A stretch of 64,000 bases of DNA. Source: Azolla caroliniana. Taxonomy: Eukaryota > Plantae > Polypodiophyta. The translations under genes and the position numbers were made by a program. The notes beneath the pieces were generated by a model. The model did no database searches and had not been told where the DNA came from. It was given only the letters and a program-made list of their open reading frames with translations. Positions 24,445 to 43,987 of this stretch are shown here, one piece after another (position 1 is the stretch's first letter; each line of letters starts with the position of its first letter). The stretch is from contig JBHGNT010000007.1 in the NCBI GenBank assembly GCA_043228905.1, positions 9,858,001 through 9,922,000 of the forward strand, written 5' to 3'.

Positions 24445-25232
24445 TAACAGTCAGCAATGGTTTGGTTTGGCTCCTTAACGGTTTAAATGGTTCGTCTTAG
24501 TTTGGTTTGGTTTGGGGGTGAACTATTTATTCGGTTAGATTCGGTTCAGTTCGGTTAGAAACTGTGGTTAAAACGGTTCAATGGTTTTCTAATTTTTAAA
24601 ACTTTTTTTAAAATAAACTCATTTCATTTTAAAGCCTAATTCTCACATTTTAAGAACATCTTTAAATTTTTTAAAATTTAAATTTAAAATAATGAAAAAC
24701 ATTGAATTTGAATTTTGACCTAAGTTGAAAACCGAAACTGAACCACGAAACCACGGTTTTAACAGTTTGGATTTTTTTAACAGTTTGGTTTAAACAGTGT
24801 AAAGAACTGGGTGTGATTCTGTGCAGTAGAAGGTGTGTATATGTGTGTGTGTAGTCGAGAGGGAGAGAGAGAGAGAGAGAAAGTAGAGTTATACAAAAAA
24901 ACAAATTTAAACAATATTAACAAGAGAATAACTTAGACAACAACAATAACAATTACAAAGAGGAGGAAAAGGTGCTTATGTAGTCACCTTCTCTCAATCA
25001 CCACTTTGCAAGAGAGGGGGAGACTTAACTATCTACTAAAGACACACTAGTTATTATACTAGGAGGTGGGGTGTTCACACACTTGAGTATACTAAGGTGT
25101 GTTCCCACACTAGGGAAGTTGAGTTTGATTTTCAACAAACGGTTTCATGGTTCAGTTCGGTTCAAGTTTCAAAATTTTTAAACGGTTCAGTTTTGATACT
25201 CTCAAACCGAACTGAATTATTGCCGATTGTTA
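24445..25232. mobile_element. hAT-type non-autonomous element (MITE)
   Basis: Imperfect TIRs TAACAGTCAGCAAT and ATTGCCGATTGTTA, a perfect 8-bp TSD ATTGTCTC (24437-24444 and 25233-25240), and subterminal CGGTT/AACCG repeats. Confidence 0.85.
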
Positions 25233-25344
25233 ATTGTCTCTCTTCTTCCTCCACGAAAAAAGAATAATGGGTTTCATTACGAAAAAAAAACACCACCACG
25301 ACTTACTTATAACAACATATAGAACCCTTTTAGGATTTAGATAT

Positions 25345-26135
25345 TGTTGGCATAAAAGGCCGACTCCTTCCAATTTGTATCTTAGTGTGAACACGTCCAA
25401 ATAGGTAGGGCTTAGTATATAAGCAATAACCTAACATTGTAATAGAAGAGAGCTTCTTGATCATTCTTGTATGAGGAGTCTCTAAGAGAGAGATAGAATG
25501 AATGCAATAACAGAGCTTCCATCAAAGCTTCAACTGTGCATATCTACTGTCTATACTTTTGCCATTCTTACTGTGTTCTATTTTGAGCTTAACCAACATG
25601 TCCTCACATACGTTTTTGCACGCATATCCGAACAACAACTAGTATCAGAGCCGACTTGTTGCTCGGCAACAACAAACAACAGAAAAGCTGAAAGGAAAAA
25701 GACCGATTTAGTAAAAATCTCACTTTCGAAGAAGAACATGGCTTCAACATACAGAATAGGAGTTGAAATCAGAAAATTCGACGGCAAAAATTTTGTTCTA
25801 TGGAAGGATTTGATGCAGGACGTATTGATTATTCGAAGACAAGTTGAAGCTATTCGACACACCGAAAAGCCTGCCTCAATGACAACTGAAGAATGGAGAT
25901 CTATGGACGAAATTGCTCGCTCCAACATTCGAATGCACCTGGCTGAAAACGTCTACTTCAATATGGCAAAAGAGATGACAACATTCTCGCTATGGGAGAA
26001 GCTACAAGCCGTGTACGAGAAAAAGTCCTCATGTTCAAAACTGATTTTCATCAAACAACTGTTCAACATGAAGATGAGGGAGACCGATCCGACTACCGCC
26101 CACATCAACACCTTCAGCTGAGTGTTGTCAGAACG
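25345..26135 (+). mobile_element. Ty1/copia 5' fragment: LTR (25345-25637), PBS and gag
   Basis: TG...CA LTR, PBS T(A)GTATCAGAGC (tRNA-iMet), and gag motif KFDGKNF..WK...LWEKLQAVY. Confidence 0.8.
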
Positions 26136-26161
26136 GTTTAGAATCAAATTCAACCTAACAT

Positions 26162-28725
26162 TGTGTGTGAACGCACCCTTTGAGAATCTATGAGCACTCA
26201 AGGGTCAAGAGTCACGCCACTCTCTACACATTAACTATGTGTCATAGAATCATATTCTATGACACATAGCTAATGAGTTTCATATTCCCCATGACTAATG
26301 AGTCTTCACACTCCCAAGAGAGAGTGGTTGTTGTAGTGAGTTAATGAAGAGAGAGGGTGGCCTTATATAAAGCACCCTCCTCTTACTTCATAGAGTGTTG
26401 GTTGTGACTCCTTCTAATGCTACATTTTCGTATCTCATATTCTCCTTGTGAATATACACCTTCTTGAGTATTCTATTTTCCATTCTATCTATCAATCTTG
26501 TGTTTTCTCCTCTCCTTTCTCTCACACATACACATAATACACCTCTCTTCCGTTGCACAAGAATCATATCCGATTCTTTACATGGTATCAGAGCGGTTTG
26601 GTAGCTCGACTTAGCCCATCCGCATGTGTTGTGTTCTACGCCGACGTTCGAGAAGAACCGGTTCATCGCTATCGTAATGCGACTACATAGCTCGTGTTCG
26701 AGAGAGAAGGAAAAGAAGAAAGAAAGCTTCATCGACAATGATATACTAAAATGGGGAGCGCTCTCCCTAGCGAGAAGTTGGATCGAAACAACTTTGCATC
26801 TTAGGAGTACAAGATGCACCAATATCTTGTTGGTCAAGGATATTGGAGCTACATCAAAGGAGCACAAGAAAATCGGCAGAACCCAAAAGACACCGACTAC
26901 TCAACATGGGAGCAAGCGGCAAGCCGAGTGATGTATTGCTTGGCGACATGCGTTCATGATCACATGCTCGGCTACATTCGAGAAGTTGAGACACCGAAGG
27001 AAGCGTGGGAGAATCTACGGAAGATTTTCACGGCCAACACAACTGCAAGAAAGCTTCAACTCTGCCAACAGTTGAATAATATCCAACAAAGGGATATGTC
27101 CATCACAACCTACACCTTGAAGATCAAGGAGCTTTGTGACTCGCTCGGCTCAATAAGCGTCAATGTGAAGGATGATGAGATGGTGCAAATATGGCTCGAC
27201 GTCATTGCACCACGGTTCGGCGCGATGAGGACCACCGTACTAGCACAGGAGAATCCTCCCTCTTTCTTCGATCTTCAATCCATGTTGTTGGTTGAGGAAA
27301 ACCATGTTCAAACAAGGAGCAATGTCTCAAAATGCCACATGCTCTACACACATTCGAACAGAGGAAGAGGACACGGTCGAGCAAGAGGCCGATTCGGCCA
27401 AGGACGAGGCGGACGAGGTCCAACTCACGAAAATAACTCCCAATTTCGGCAACAAGACGGAAGCCATCAATGAACCTTTGAAAGAAGGGGGAGCTTCCAT
27501 TCTGGTTCGAGCTAACAAAACTTGATCGAATGCAGATATTGCGGCAAAATCGGCCACCACGAAGAAGAGTGCCAAAAGAAGATGTGCAAGTTTGCTTCCA
27601 CTAGCCGACAACTCACCAATTACGCCACCAACTCCGACTATGACGATCATGGTGGAATGTTCGTGATGAGACATAGAGAAAATTCTATGGTGGCTTCTAC
27701 TTCAATTAGTGCCTCCGGTTCGGAAGACCTATGGTTCGTCGACGCCGGTGCCTTTAACCATATGACGTCTCATCAAGAATGGTTCCGAGAACTTCGAGAG
27801 CTGGATCGACCCGGCTATGTCGAAACCAGAGATGACACTACTCATCCGATTCGGCACATCGGCAATGTTCCATTCGGAAAAGAAGGTAGCAAAACTTACA
27901 TTAAGAATGTCTTGCATGTACCTACCATTATGAAGAATTTGGTCTCTGTCAGCCAAATTGTTGAGCAAGGGATGCAAGTTTGATTTAATCAAGGTGGTTG
28001 CTTCATTGAGAAAGAGGGTCGACTCATCGCTCGCGGACGAAGAGAGGGCTGAATGTTCATTCTCGACTCGCACGAGATGAAATCGGCCATGTTTGCAAAA
28101 GGCACCAAAGCCGACACCGACATAGAGTTGTGGCACAAGCGAATTGGCCACATCAACTTCCAAAAGCTCAAGGCAATGCAATCGAAAGGAGTCATGATCG
28201 GACTCCCGACCTTCAAAGAGAAAGAGATTGAAGGCGTATGTGCAACCTGCCAATTCGGCAAGCAACATCGGCACCCGTTTCCAAAGGAGAGGAACATGAG
28301 CAAAGGCATACTCGATGTAATTCATTCCGATGTATGGGGACCAGCTCAAACGACTACATTCGGCGGATGCCGATACTACGTGGTCTTCATCGACGACTTC
28401 TCCAGGCACACCTGAATCTACCCCATGCGGCAAAAGAGCAAAGTGTTCAGAAACTTCCAAAAATTCAAAAGCGAAGTCGAAAAGATAACCGGCCGACATG
28501 TACGATGTCTTCAGTCAGACGGAGGTAAGGAATACTTCTCAGATGCATTCATGGCATACCTTCGCCAAGAAGGAATTCAACGAGAATTCACTTGCCGACA
28601 CACACCGCAATAGAATGGTGTAGCCAAACAAAAGAATTAGCACATCCTCGAAATAGCATGGGCCATGCTTAACGAGAAGCACATGCCGAAGTCGTATTGG
28701 GCAGAAGCCATCAACACATTCGTCA
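26162..28725 (+). mobile_element. Second Ty1/copia 5' half: LTR (to 26582), PBS, and gag-protease-integrase pseudogene
   Basis: PBS TGGTATCAGAGC at 26583-26594. Motifs CRYCGKIGHHEEEC, WFVDAGAFNHM, LWHKRIGH, CATC, HSDVWGP, FIDDFS and SDGGKEY. Confidence 0.9.
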
Positions 28726-28899
28726 ATAGTGCCGATTCCATTTATAGCATAGTGCTCCGAATTTCCATCTCGGACTGAGTCGGAATGTCAGGCCAAATAT
28801 TGCCAAATTTTGGATCAATGAGGGGTCACGTGGTAGGATGCACCCGAATCCAAGAGCCATGTGCTCAATTCCTCAATCGTAAGTAGAACTTTTGACTCG

Positions 28900-31800
28900 A
28901 CTGAGTTAGATTCTAAGAATAGGATGTCTAGATCATCCGTCCGTACTTCATTGATGAACCAACGTAGTTGACCTCCTCATGCTGACTATTCTTGTGATAA
29001 GCTCGCTGAGTTTTATCATTCTTGGAGTTGAGGACGCGACAATCTACCTTGATATGTCTGGGTTTCTTGCAATAGTTGCAGGTTCGATTATCCTGAGACT
29101 TGTTCCAACTTCGTTGGTTTATTGATGGTCGGGAAGAAATTCTCCTTGGACTATTCGGTCGGTTGGCCGAACCTTGTACTACGTGTAAAAGAATACGATT
29201 GCGGAAGCTAAGATAAAACCGGCTCGTCCAGATAGCAAAGGAATATAGGCATAGGTTTAATGGAAACCTTACACGGGAGAGATAGAGTTAGAGCATAACA
29301 GAACAAACTCAATTCAAGATCATAACACTCTATACATACAAATGTCCTACAGAACACTTTTTATACAAGTCCTTAAAAGGATTGATAGAAGTACTAACAA
29401 GTGTTGCAATGCTCATACGAGCGTCTAACACTAACTCCAAGGAATCTGCCTACGTACTAGGCTAAGATTGTAGACCTCTAACGGCCTACAGGTTACAATA
29501 TAATCCGTCTCTCTGATCCGACTCTAGCTTATTCAGCCGATCCGGATCCGGTTGAGCTTGTCTGCTCAACACTCCCCCTCAAGCTCAACTTGAGATCGGA
29601 TAGCTGAGTCAATGTTTGTGTCTGTCGGTCCTTTCCTCAGGCTCCACCTAGCATTGTCGCGAAGTTTCGCGTGTGCGTGTGCTACTCGACCAACCACCGG
29701 GGTCTTGGATTGGGGAGGATGTTCGCGGAATTATCAAAGAGATGACGATCAATGTAAGATTGGATGAAATTTGTTCACTTGAGAAGAAGAAAGATTGTAC
29801 ACTTGAGAAGTAGAAAAATATGAAGAAGATAAAGATAATTATATTGATGATAGTGGTGTTGGTGATATCACATATTGAGCCCCCCTTTACACAAGCTCCA
29901 CTAGGGTTTTTATAGCTCTCTTCATGCACAAAACCATGGGTTTAGAACCATGGTTTTGGGGACACGATTTTGCTTATGACATGCACAATCCATGGGTTTA
30001 TAACCATGGTTTTGTGCACATGGTTTTCTATAGTTGTTTCGTCTATAATTCCTATATATGAAAAGGAAATACATAATATCTACAATATATGATAATTGTC
30101 CTAGTGGTAAGGCAATCATCTTGTATCTTAGAGGTGCAAGGTTCAAACCTTGCTTGCACCCCTCTGTATGAACTCAAGTGCCACTAGACCTTAGGCTTAT
30201 TGGCTAAGTACATGTGTAATGTTGCACATCCTTGGTTTATTTGTCTCACTCGGTTTCACACCGTAGCTGAAAATCGTCACGACATCCACCCCCACCAAAC
30301 CCACACATCCTCCGGTATGTGCCGAGAAAGGTGAAAAGGTGAGATCTTTGGCAACGGTGATCAACCGAGTTCCTCCACACGCTCATCGACCTCGTCTGAC
30401 TTCGTCTTCCACTTCGAGTATGCCCAATCTTTCCAACCGAACCACCGTAGCCACCCGATCCACCATATCCGGCGCTCACACCTTCTTCCCCGGTCGGTTC
30501 TAGTAGATCTACCGAACGATGTTGTCGATCCGACCGCTCTTCCTTCATCCACCACGCATGTCCTTCGATTGGACTCCTGGCCACTCCTCGTGCTCACCGT
30601 CTTCAGCTGGGTGTTGTGGATCATTCGTGTTGATCTCCGATTAGGCCGGGTTTGCCCTTTTCCGGATCGGTCTCCGCCGATCGCTTCTTGATTTGATTGG
30701 CCTTCGTCTACATTCGCATTTCGCCGAGTCGGGCTCGACCAATTGATTCCGGTCGGGTCGGGCCCCTTTTGGATTGGGATCGTCCGATCGATTTCCGCCG
30801 AATTAGGTTTCGGCCGGGTTGGCCCCAGTCGATCGGCTCCCATGTGGATCTTCCTTTGTTTGGGCCGGAATCCCGGCCGGATTGTCTTCCGGTTCGACCG
30901 GTTCTCGACTCTTCCTTCCTTCCCGTATGCCACCTCTCCATCGAACTCAACCGCGGCTTCATCCTTGGCCTCCTCGTCAGCCACATCCTTTCCTCCGTGT
31001 ATGATCTCCTCGAGCCATATTGTCTCCTCTCCACCACCTCCTTTATCTTCGGTCTTATGTTGACACACGGTCTCGACAGCTGAAGTCTCCGGAACCGGTG
31101 TGAAGGAATCCCTTCGTTCATGCACATTTACCTTGTCTTCCTCATCACCCTTCCGGTCCTCCGCTTTTCCGTCGACACATTCTGTCTCTCCGGTCTCACG
31201 TTGGCGCACGTGCATAGATGCCGAAGTTTCTAGAATAGGTGTGGGGATATCCTTTCGTCCTCGATCTTCTTCCTCCTTGTGTTGGGCCTTCGTCTTCCCG
31301 TCACCACCTTCTGTCTCTCCGGTCTCATGTTGGCACATGGGCGCAACCGCCGAAGTCTCTGGAACAAGTGTGGAGAAAGTCTCGACATGGCTATCCCCGA
31401 CTCGTCCATAGCCACCTCCGACTTGATGTCGTTTGTCATGGCTACCTCCTCAATCACCTCGGACTAAAGCACTTTGTCTCCCTCGATCATGCAAGCTTTT
31501 CTCATGCTTGCATCTTCATCACCCGATGTTTCGTACACAATGCGTGTTCCAAAACATTTATCCTCCCTCGAAGTGGCATTCGCCGTCCTTGAGTCATCGG
31601 CCTCCTCCTTGGCCGTCGTTTCTTCGTAAGACAAGAAGGTGACTTGTTTCGCACCTTCTCTCTTTGTAACGTCATACCGAACCTGAGCCTTTGTATTGGC
31701 CACTTCATTAACCCACATTTGTTGGGAGGTCTCTTCTTCCTCGATCACCATTCGCCTAGGTTTTGTCTCCCTTTTAAGCTTCATTTCTTTTGTTGGTGGC

Positions 31801-34205
31801 GCGTTGCTGCATCTCGTTCCTCTTCGATCGTCCCTCATGGGCCGTCTTGTTGTCGTCGATATTCTCGCTCGCCCCTTATCGTGTAGTCGGAATACACTTT
31901 CCACTTTGCTCCAATCCTTGATGAGGCCATTTGCACCGTCATCTTCTTCGAGTTTGAGGCCGATGGCCATCCTTTCCATTCGATTGATTGACTTCACGAA
32001 CATAAGGACCTTATCGATCCCCACCAATCTTTGTTCCCGCTCCGAGAGTTGAGAAAAACGATGCTCGAAGTCTACGAATGCTTGTGTCGCGCCTTGGTGG
32101 GTCTTCACCGATGTCACCCATTGGTTGAAGTTGCGTCGATCTCGTCCCTTTAGTCTCCCATAGCCATATTCCTCCACTAGAGCTTTCTCGAAAGTCGCCC
32201 ACGAATCATGAGCTTCTAGAAGCTCTTTTACATCTTTGAAGATCGGTTGAGACACCACCCGACAAAAGTACTCCAGCCTCATAGCTTCGTCCACACCTCT
32301 TTAATCCATCTCCGCATTGTAGACTTTTAGAAAACTTTGGACTTTGCCGTTGAAATAGCTCACACGCTCGACTACCCTCTCGACGGCTTGTTGGGCTTCA
32401 TTTCGTCTTTTCCCTTCTCTCAGAAATTCCATCATCCTTTTTGACATTGCCTCCATGAGATATTCGCCATCCATCTCCGTCCTCCCCTGCTGCTCTTCAC
32501 ATCAGGTTCACCAAATGATGTTGCGAAGATTCGCGCGTGTGTGTGCTACTCGAGCAACCGTCGGGGTCTTGGATTGGGGAGGATGTTCGCAGAATTATCA
32601 AAGAGATGACGATCAATGTAAGATTGGATGAAATTTGTTCACTTGAGAAGAAGAAAGATTGTACACTTGAGAAGTAGAAAAATATGAAGAAGATAAAGAT
32701 AATTATATTGATGATAGTGGTGTTGGTGATATCACATATTGAGCCCCCCTTTACACAAGCTCCACTAGGGTTTTTATAGCTCTCTTCATGCACAAAACCA
32801 TGGGTTTAGAACCATGGTTTTGTGCACATGGTTTTCTATGGTTGTTTTGTCTATAATTCGTATATGAAAAGGAAATACATAAAATTTACACTATATGATA
32901 GTTGTCTTAGTGGTAAAGTAATCATCTTGTATCTTAGAGGTGTAAGGTTCAAACCTTGCTTGCACCCCTTTGTATGAACTCAAGTGCCACTAGGCCTTAG
33001 GCTTATTTGCTAAGTACATGTGCAATGTTGCACATCCTTGGTTTATTCGTCTCACTCGGTTTCACACCGTACCCGAAAATCATCACGACAATGTCCTCCT
33101 GCTTGGCTCGCGCTCCTCGTCCGGTCCGGTCCGACTTTCCTCGACTCGTCCGATTCTGCGCTCTGCGACCTTCTTAGTCGGCTTGTTTGCTCCTTCGGCC
33201 CTTATCAGCTCCATTGTTGTCGTGGTGCTGGCACCCCTCGACCCATTGGTTCCTCTGTCTCGGCGTCGGCTTCGGCTGTCTTTTTGTCCGCGTGGTCCAT
33301 CGTAGATTTGGCTCCTCCGAATCAAACATTACGATTGAATCGGGTACATCCGATTCATTTCTGCTCCTGACCGAATCAGCTGTCTTCGATTCGTCTTCTT
33401 CCTTAATAGAGTTGGCTATCTCCAACTCGCCTCTGATTTCCAGACCTTTCATGACATCGGCCCATGTCCATGTCTCGGACTTTCCGGCTTTGCCTCCCCC
33501 TCTTTCGGTTGGCTTCGACTTGGGCTCTCCATTTCGGTGGCTCCCCCTACGTCCAATGTCGGCTTTCTCAGTCGTCCCATGCACTCCGACTTCTTCAGTT
33601 GGGCCGAAATCGAATACGATTTCCGACTTGGCTTTTCGGTCGTCTTTCTCATTCATCCTTTCATTCCTCCCCCTCAAGTTCAGCATATCGAGGTACTGCA
33701 CACCTAGTGCACCGGAAAACCTACGGTAGCCGACCCAATCGACATCCGTGTAGCTGACAAGCTGTCCGACTATACTAGTTCGATACAACAAACCCCTATC
33801 CTTAGTGCCGCTGACGTACCTCAGTATTCGGTGTGTGCACTGAAGGTGCTCCAAGGTCGGATGCGCCATAAATTGACTAATCAGTTTGACCGGATAGCTG
33901 AGATCCGACTGGGTGATGGTCAAATATATGAGGCTTCCAACTATCAGTCGGAACCTTTTCGGGTTGCATGCCATTCCGGAGTCGGGGCAAAACTTCACAT
34001 TCCGGCCCAATGGAGTCGAGACGGATTTGCATTTAGTCATACCGAATTTGAAGTCTAGCATACTCGACGCATAATGTTGTTGGCTAAGCAGTATGCCTTC
34101 GGGGTTGTGGATCACTTTGATCCCAAGGAAGTAATGAATGTTCCCAAGATCCTTGATGTCAAACGATGCCACGAGTTTGGATTTGACGCAGTCGATTTCG
34201 TCTAG
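28900..34205 (-). mobile_element. Internally deleted Ty1/copia element (RT fragment 33700-34200, PPT ~29572-29583, 3' LTR leftward from 29571), interrupted by the 29655-33090 insertion
   Basis: DIKDLGNIHYFLG, LIVGSLIYLT and SYTDVDW. On the minus strand CTTGAGGGGGAG is followed by TGTTGAGC. The left boundary is approximate. Confidence 0.65.
29655..33090 (-). mobile_element. Gag-only non-autonomous LTR retrotransposon, older copy (LTRs 32519-33090 and 29655-30284)
   Basis: Two similar LTRs, a degenerate tRNA-Trp PBS at ~32497-32513 and a PPT at ~30285-30300. The broken ORF is homologous to 61125..63350. Confidence 0.92.
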
Positions 34206-34299
34206 GTTGGTAGCACGTCGAACCCAAAAACTTCCAAAAAAATCGAAATCGAAAAAGTCAGAATGATAGTTAGCCGAAAAAATATATTGCTATGGTACA

Positions 34300-35430
34300 C
34301 TTAGTCTTCTTCCGAAATTGCAAGGATATTCTTTGGTTGTGATGATGCCCCGGTTTGGAGATTGGCCGTTTCTTCGGTTGTTGGCTCTATACTTGCAAGG
34401 GTGGCCGGTGGTTGTATCAATGCTGGAGGTGGCTCTTCATTTGTTAGCTTGTCATCTTGTAACTTGGCCGATATTGGAGCCATTGCCTCCTGTTGGGTTT
34501 CTGTGGTATGTTCAACCACTTGCTCCGTTTCTGGTCACGGATGTGTCCCCTCTCCTTCTGTCTGTGCCTGGGCTGCTTCCTCGGTTATATGGGTTGTTGA
34601 TGCTTGTGCAACTGCTTCTGCTTCCTTTTGAGCTAGTATGCGCGCTCGTTCATAGCCTTCCGTTTCTAGCGTGAGCAATTATAGCTGATCATCGTTGAAT
34701 TCTTCAAGGAGGTTACCGATTGTCGTGGTGTGTGTACCCGCTAGGGTGTGGAACTCCTCAGTGAGGTCTTCGCGGAGGATCTGGATGTTGTTCTCATCCA
34801 TTTTGTAGAACCCGCGACCCTCTTTTTTTCAATTTTCTGTGTTTGCTCGGAAGACCTGTAATTCGGCTGCTTGAGCCGACCATTCATTCCACCCTCGAGT
34901 GAGTGTCTCCTCGACTTTTTGATTTAGCTACAACTAGTGCTTGGCCACTAGGGCTTTGATTCGTGCTTCACCCATTTCATATTTGGCTCGGAGGGTGTTC
35001 AGTTCGTCTTGAGCTTTCGTTGCGTCCCGTTCGAGCTTGGCTTTGAGGATCTCACACGATATTGTAACGTAGGAGAGTTGTGCCTCCAACTTCTTCGTAT
35101 GCATGTCATACAGTCGAAGGAGTCAATACGAATTATCCACTAACTCCTGGATATAACGGTGTTGTTATCGTTCGAGTTCTAGGGTCGCGGAGATTTGCAA
35201 TTGGTGAATGGACTCTGACAAAGCCGCTCGCTGCTTCTCGGTTTCGTCTAACATGTGAAGGTGCCAACTTGAGCGGACTTGGAGTTCCGAGAGCTCGTTC
35301 TGCAGAGATACTATTTCTTTAGTTTTTTGGCGTGATGCCCGTTGATGCTCTTCCTCTACTTCCGCTAATTTTGTTGTCACAAAGTCGAGCTTTCTTCCTC
35401 AACAAGTTTGATTCTCAACATGAAGCAATC
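34300..35430 (-). pseudogene. Decayed coiled-coil ORF, probably a retrotransposon accessory ORF
   Basis: Stop-interrupted E/K/Q-rich frames with a composition similar to 13990-15350. Confidence 0.35.
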
Positions 35431-36500
35431 GATTCACGACAACGCTACAAGCCCATGACTCAGACCTTGAGTCATGGGCATCTTCTCCATCCGTCAAGAA
35501 GACTTAGAAGCCCGCGACTCACACCTTGAGTCATGGGCTCCTTCTCTACATGTTGAGAAGGCCTTCACCTCAATCCATTGAGGTGATGTGTTGTGGTTCC
35601 GATCACGGAACCCCTCAACACATCGGATGTGTTACACCGTTGACCTGCCTGCGTACAAGCAGGCAACATATATATTTATACAAGCCCGCCCTTCCTCGCC
35701 TGCAAAGATGATACATCTATACAACCCCACCCTCCTTGCCACCATGTATGTATGTATGTATGTATGTATGTATGTATGTATGTATGTATGTAGACAGGCA
35801 TGCAACAAAGATGATACATACATGATACAGGTATGTATGTATGTATGTAGATATGGAGAGAGGAATTGGATGGGGCTGGCTGTATCCAGCTCTGTGCTTT
35901 CTGTGCTGCTAAAGATGATTGACTTCGTAAAGCAGAAGACTACTGACCTGTATTTTGGTGGGCCGTTTTTAAACATCTTCAAGAATTGTGGCAGACTCTG
36001 CGATCAAAATACCATTCTCATTCATTCATTCATTCATTCGCTCACTCAATCATTTTTCATCCGACTAACATTTACCCATTCTTTGTTGCTCCATCAACCC
36101 TAAACTGGATCGACTTTCCAAACTCTTACATTCTGTAATTAGATTGTGGCTCGAAACCTTTCACATCTTTGCAGAGGATCTTCTTCTCCTTTTCTCGAGG
36201 AATCCCCTGAACAACTTTATTTCAGATCAGATTCGTTTGAAGAAGAATCCTTCAAAACCTCATCACAGATCCTATTTTCAGAAAAACCGCAAAAGAATAT
36301 AGTATCAGAGATTGGTTGAACGAAACCCTCTGATTCTTCCTCAAGAATTCAAGTTTGGGTTTTGATTGGAAGTCACCTGGAAACCTAAAGAGAAGAACTC
36401 TTACGAGATAATAAGGTTGTCAAAGTTTGAAAGAATCCTTTAGAATAAAGTCTTATAAGAGATATCTAAGATTAAAAAAACCCTCTGTTTCTTGAGGGCA

Positions 36501-42136
<5,636 letters not shown>

Positions 42137-43987
42137 ATCATCAACTTTTGATGACAGCCTCCACTTGGTATATATATATGTATATAGTATAAGTACTCAA
42201 TAGTGGTAGTGAGAATTGAACTCTCAACCTTTGGCTATGATGTTTTATAGTTGTATGGTTGAGAAAATCAGCCCTATGTTTGATTCAATATTTACACAGT
42301 TCTGTTATAAAGACAACTTGTAGATATCAATCCCTTACATATGGGAAGTTTTGACTTTGATTGAGTATGTATACCAACGTTGCACACATAATAATGGATG
42401 GTGTATGTTGTGTTCTATTGTTGCAATTATGTTAAAACGATAAATCAATTCAAGCAAAATGACACTCAGTGTAGCCATTATTTTTTTTCTTATTAAGAAT
42501 TATTATTTAGTAAAAAAGATCTATTAATAGTAGATTGATTAATAGTCTATCTTGTGGTTCGTCAAGTTGAATATCATCTTTGAGACCAAAGTGAAACATT
42601 TTGATAAGTGGTTTTCTAGATGCTCAAAAGTTTCGTTGATGAACATTGCAATTTATTGTAGATTGTATTAGGGGAAATGCTATACAAGAGGAGTTTGATA
42701 CTTGGTTTCAAGAAAAATTTGGACAATTAATGAATCTCTTCATCGATGTGTTGATAGCTTACCTCATATTGAATTTGTTGTGAGTTATATTTTGTAGGAA
42801 CTCAGATTGTGAAAAGTAGATGGGGTCTAGCATATAAGGATTAGTGTAGTGTACCCCTTTCGAGAAGGAGGATTTATTTGTTTGGTGTGAAGCGTGAGCC
42901 TTCACATCTCTCTCAAGCTGTGATACATTGGTGTTGCAAATAAACCTAGTTCATCAACAATATTCCATTGATACTTGTGCATGCTCCATGCCACATTAAG
43001 TGAATATGTGCTAATTCATCCTAGAAGAGATGATGTCCTGTTGATTGCAGAGTAAAGATTATATCTAGCGTAGAGGAATGAGCATGCTTTTGCCATTTGG
43101 AAAAAAAAATTGTTTATGTATTTCGATGTGTTCCTTGTCATACATATGTGAATGAATTTGCTACAACTCTCTAGAAACAAGGGCAGAGAGTAAGTATCCT
43201 TACTAAGGTTTGTGGTCGGAGGTATGGAATTACACTTCACTAGTCACAGATTGATATAAAGGTTAATCACGTAGATTGTATCTGATCGGCTGCTTGGAAC
43301 AGATAATCAATGCATCGGTTGTGCCGGATGCAACCGATTGGCTTACACAATAAACAGAATGCTTAAAGGTATGTTCAAGAAAACATAGACACAATATTCC
43401 CAAATAGAAAATGTATTAAAAGATTTATAAACGCTTACAGAACGATCGTTTTTACATCATGCCCCTTTTTAGGAGCATGAACCGTAGAGACCATCAAGAA
43501 ATTACCTATGATTCATAAAACAGTTACTAACTAACTATTTACACTTGGCATACTACTTCGGTTTCTATCCGGCTACTATTTGTATCGGCTATAACTTGTG
43601 TCAGCCTTTCGGCCCTTTCACACCTTGGGTTGTCCTGGTTGGCTAACACATGGCACTCCCGTGGGACAGTGCGTTGCACGGTTGAACCCACAAAAATCAG
43701 TTTCTATTCATCGTCTTCTAAGATGTGCAAAATGTTTGGCCCTGTTGGAGCCGATTGATCTGTTTCGTTGTCGATGAGGTCATTGTCACGCATCTCTCCT
43801 TGGACCTGCTTGTCTGTCATCTATCATTGTTTTGCTTCGATTAATAATTCCAAAATGCTCGGCTCTTCCAGAGACGATTCTACATCATTAATCAACTCTG
43901 GATCGTCTATTGGTTGTTCTTCCGGTGTTGGCTGATTGTCTGTGTTTGACAGTATGTTGTCATATTATGGTTGTGATTTCTCGGTTG

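Noticed and set aside
35588-36103. ORFs with MYVC/HTYI repeats
   Set aside because: Translations of (TATG)n and (CATT)n microsatellites in the kinase promoter/5' UTR region.
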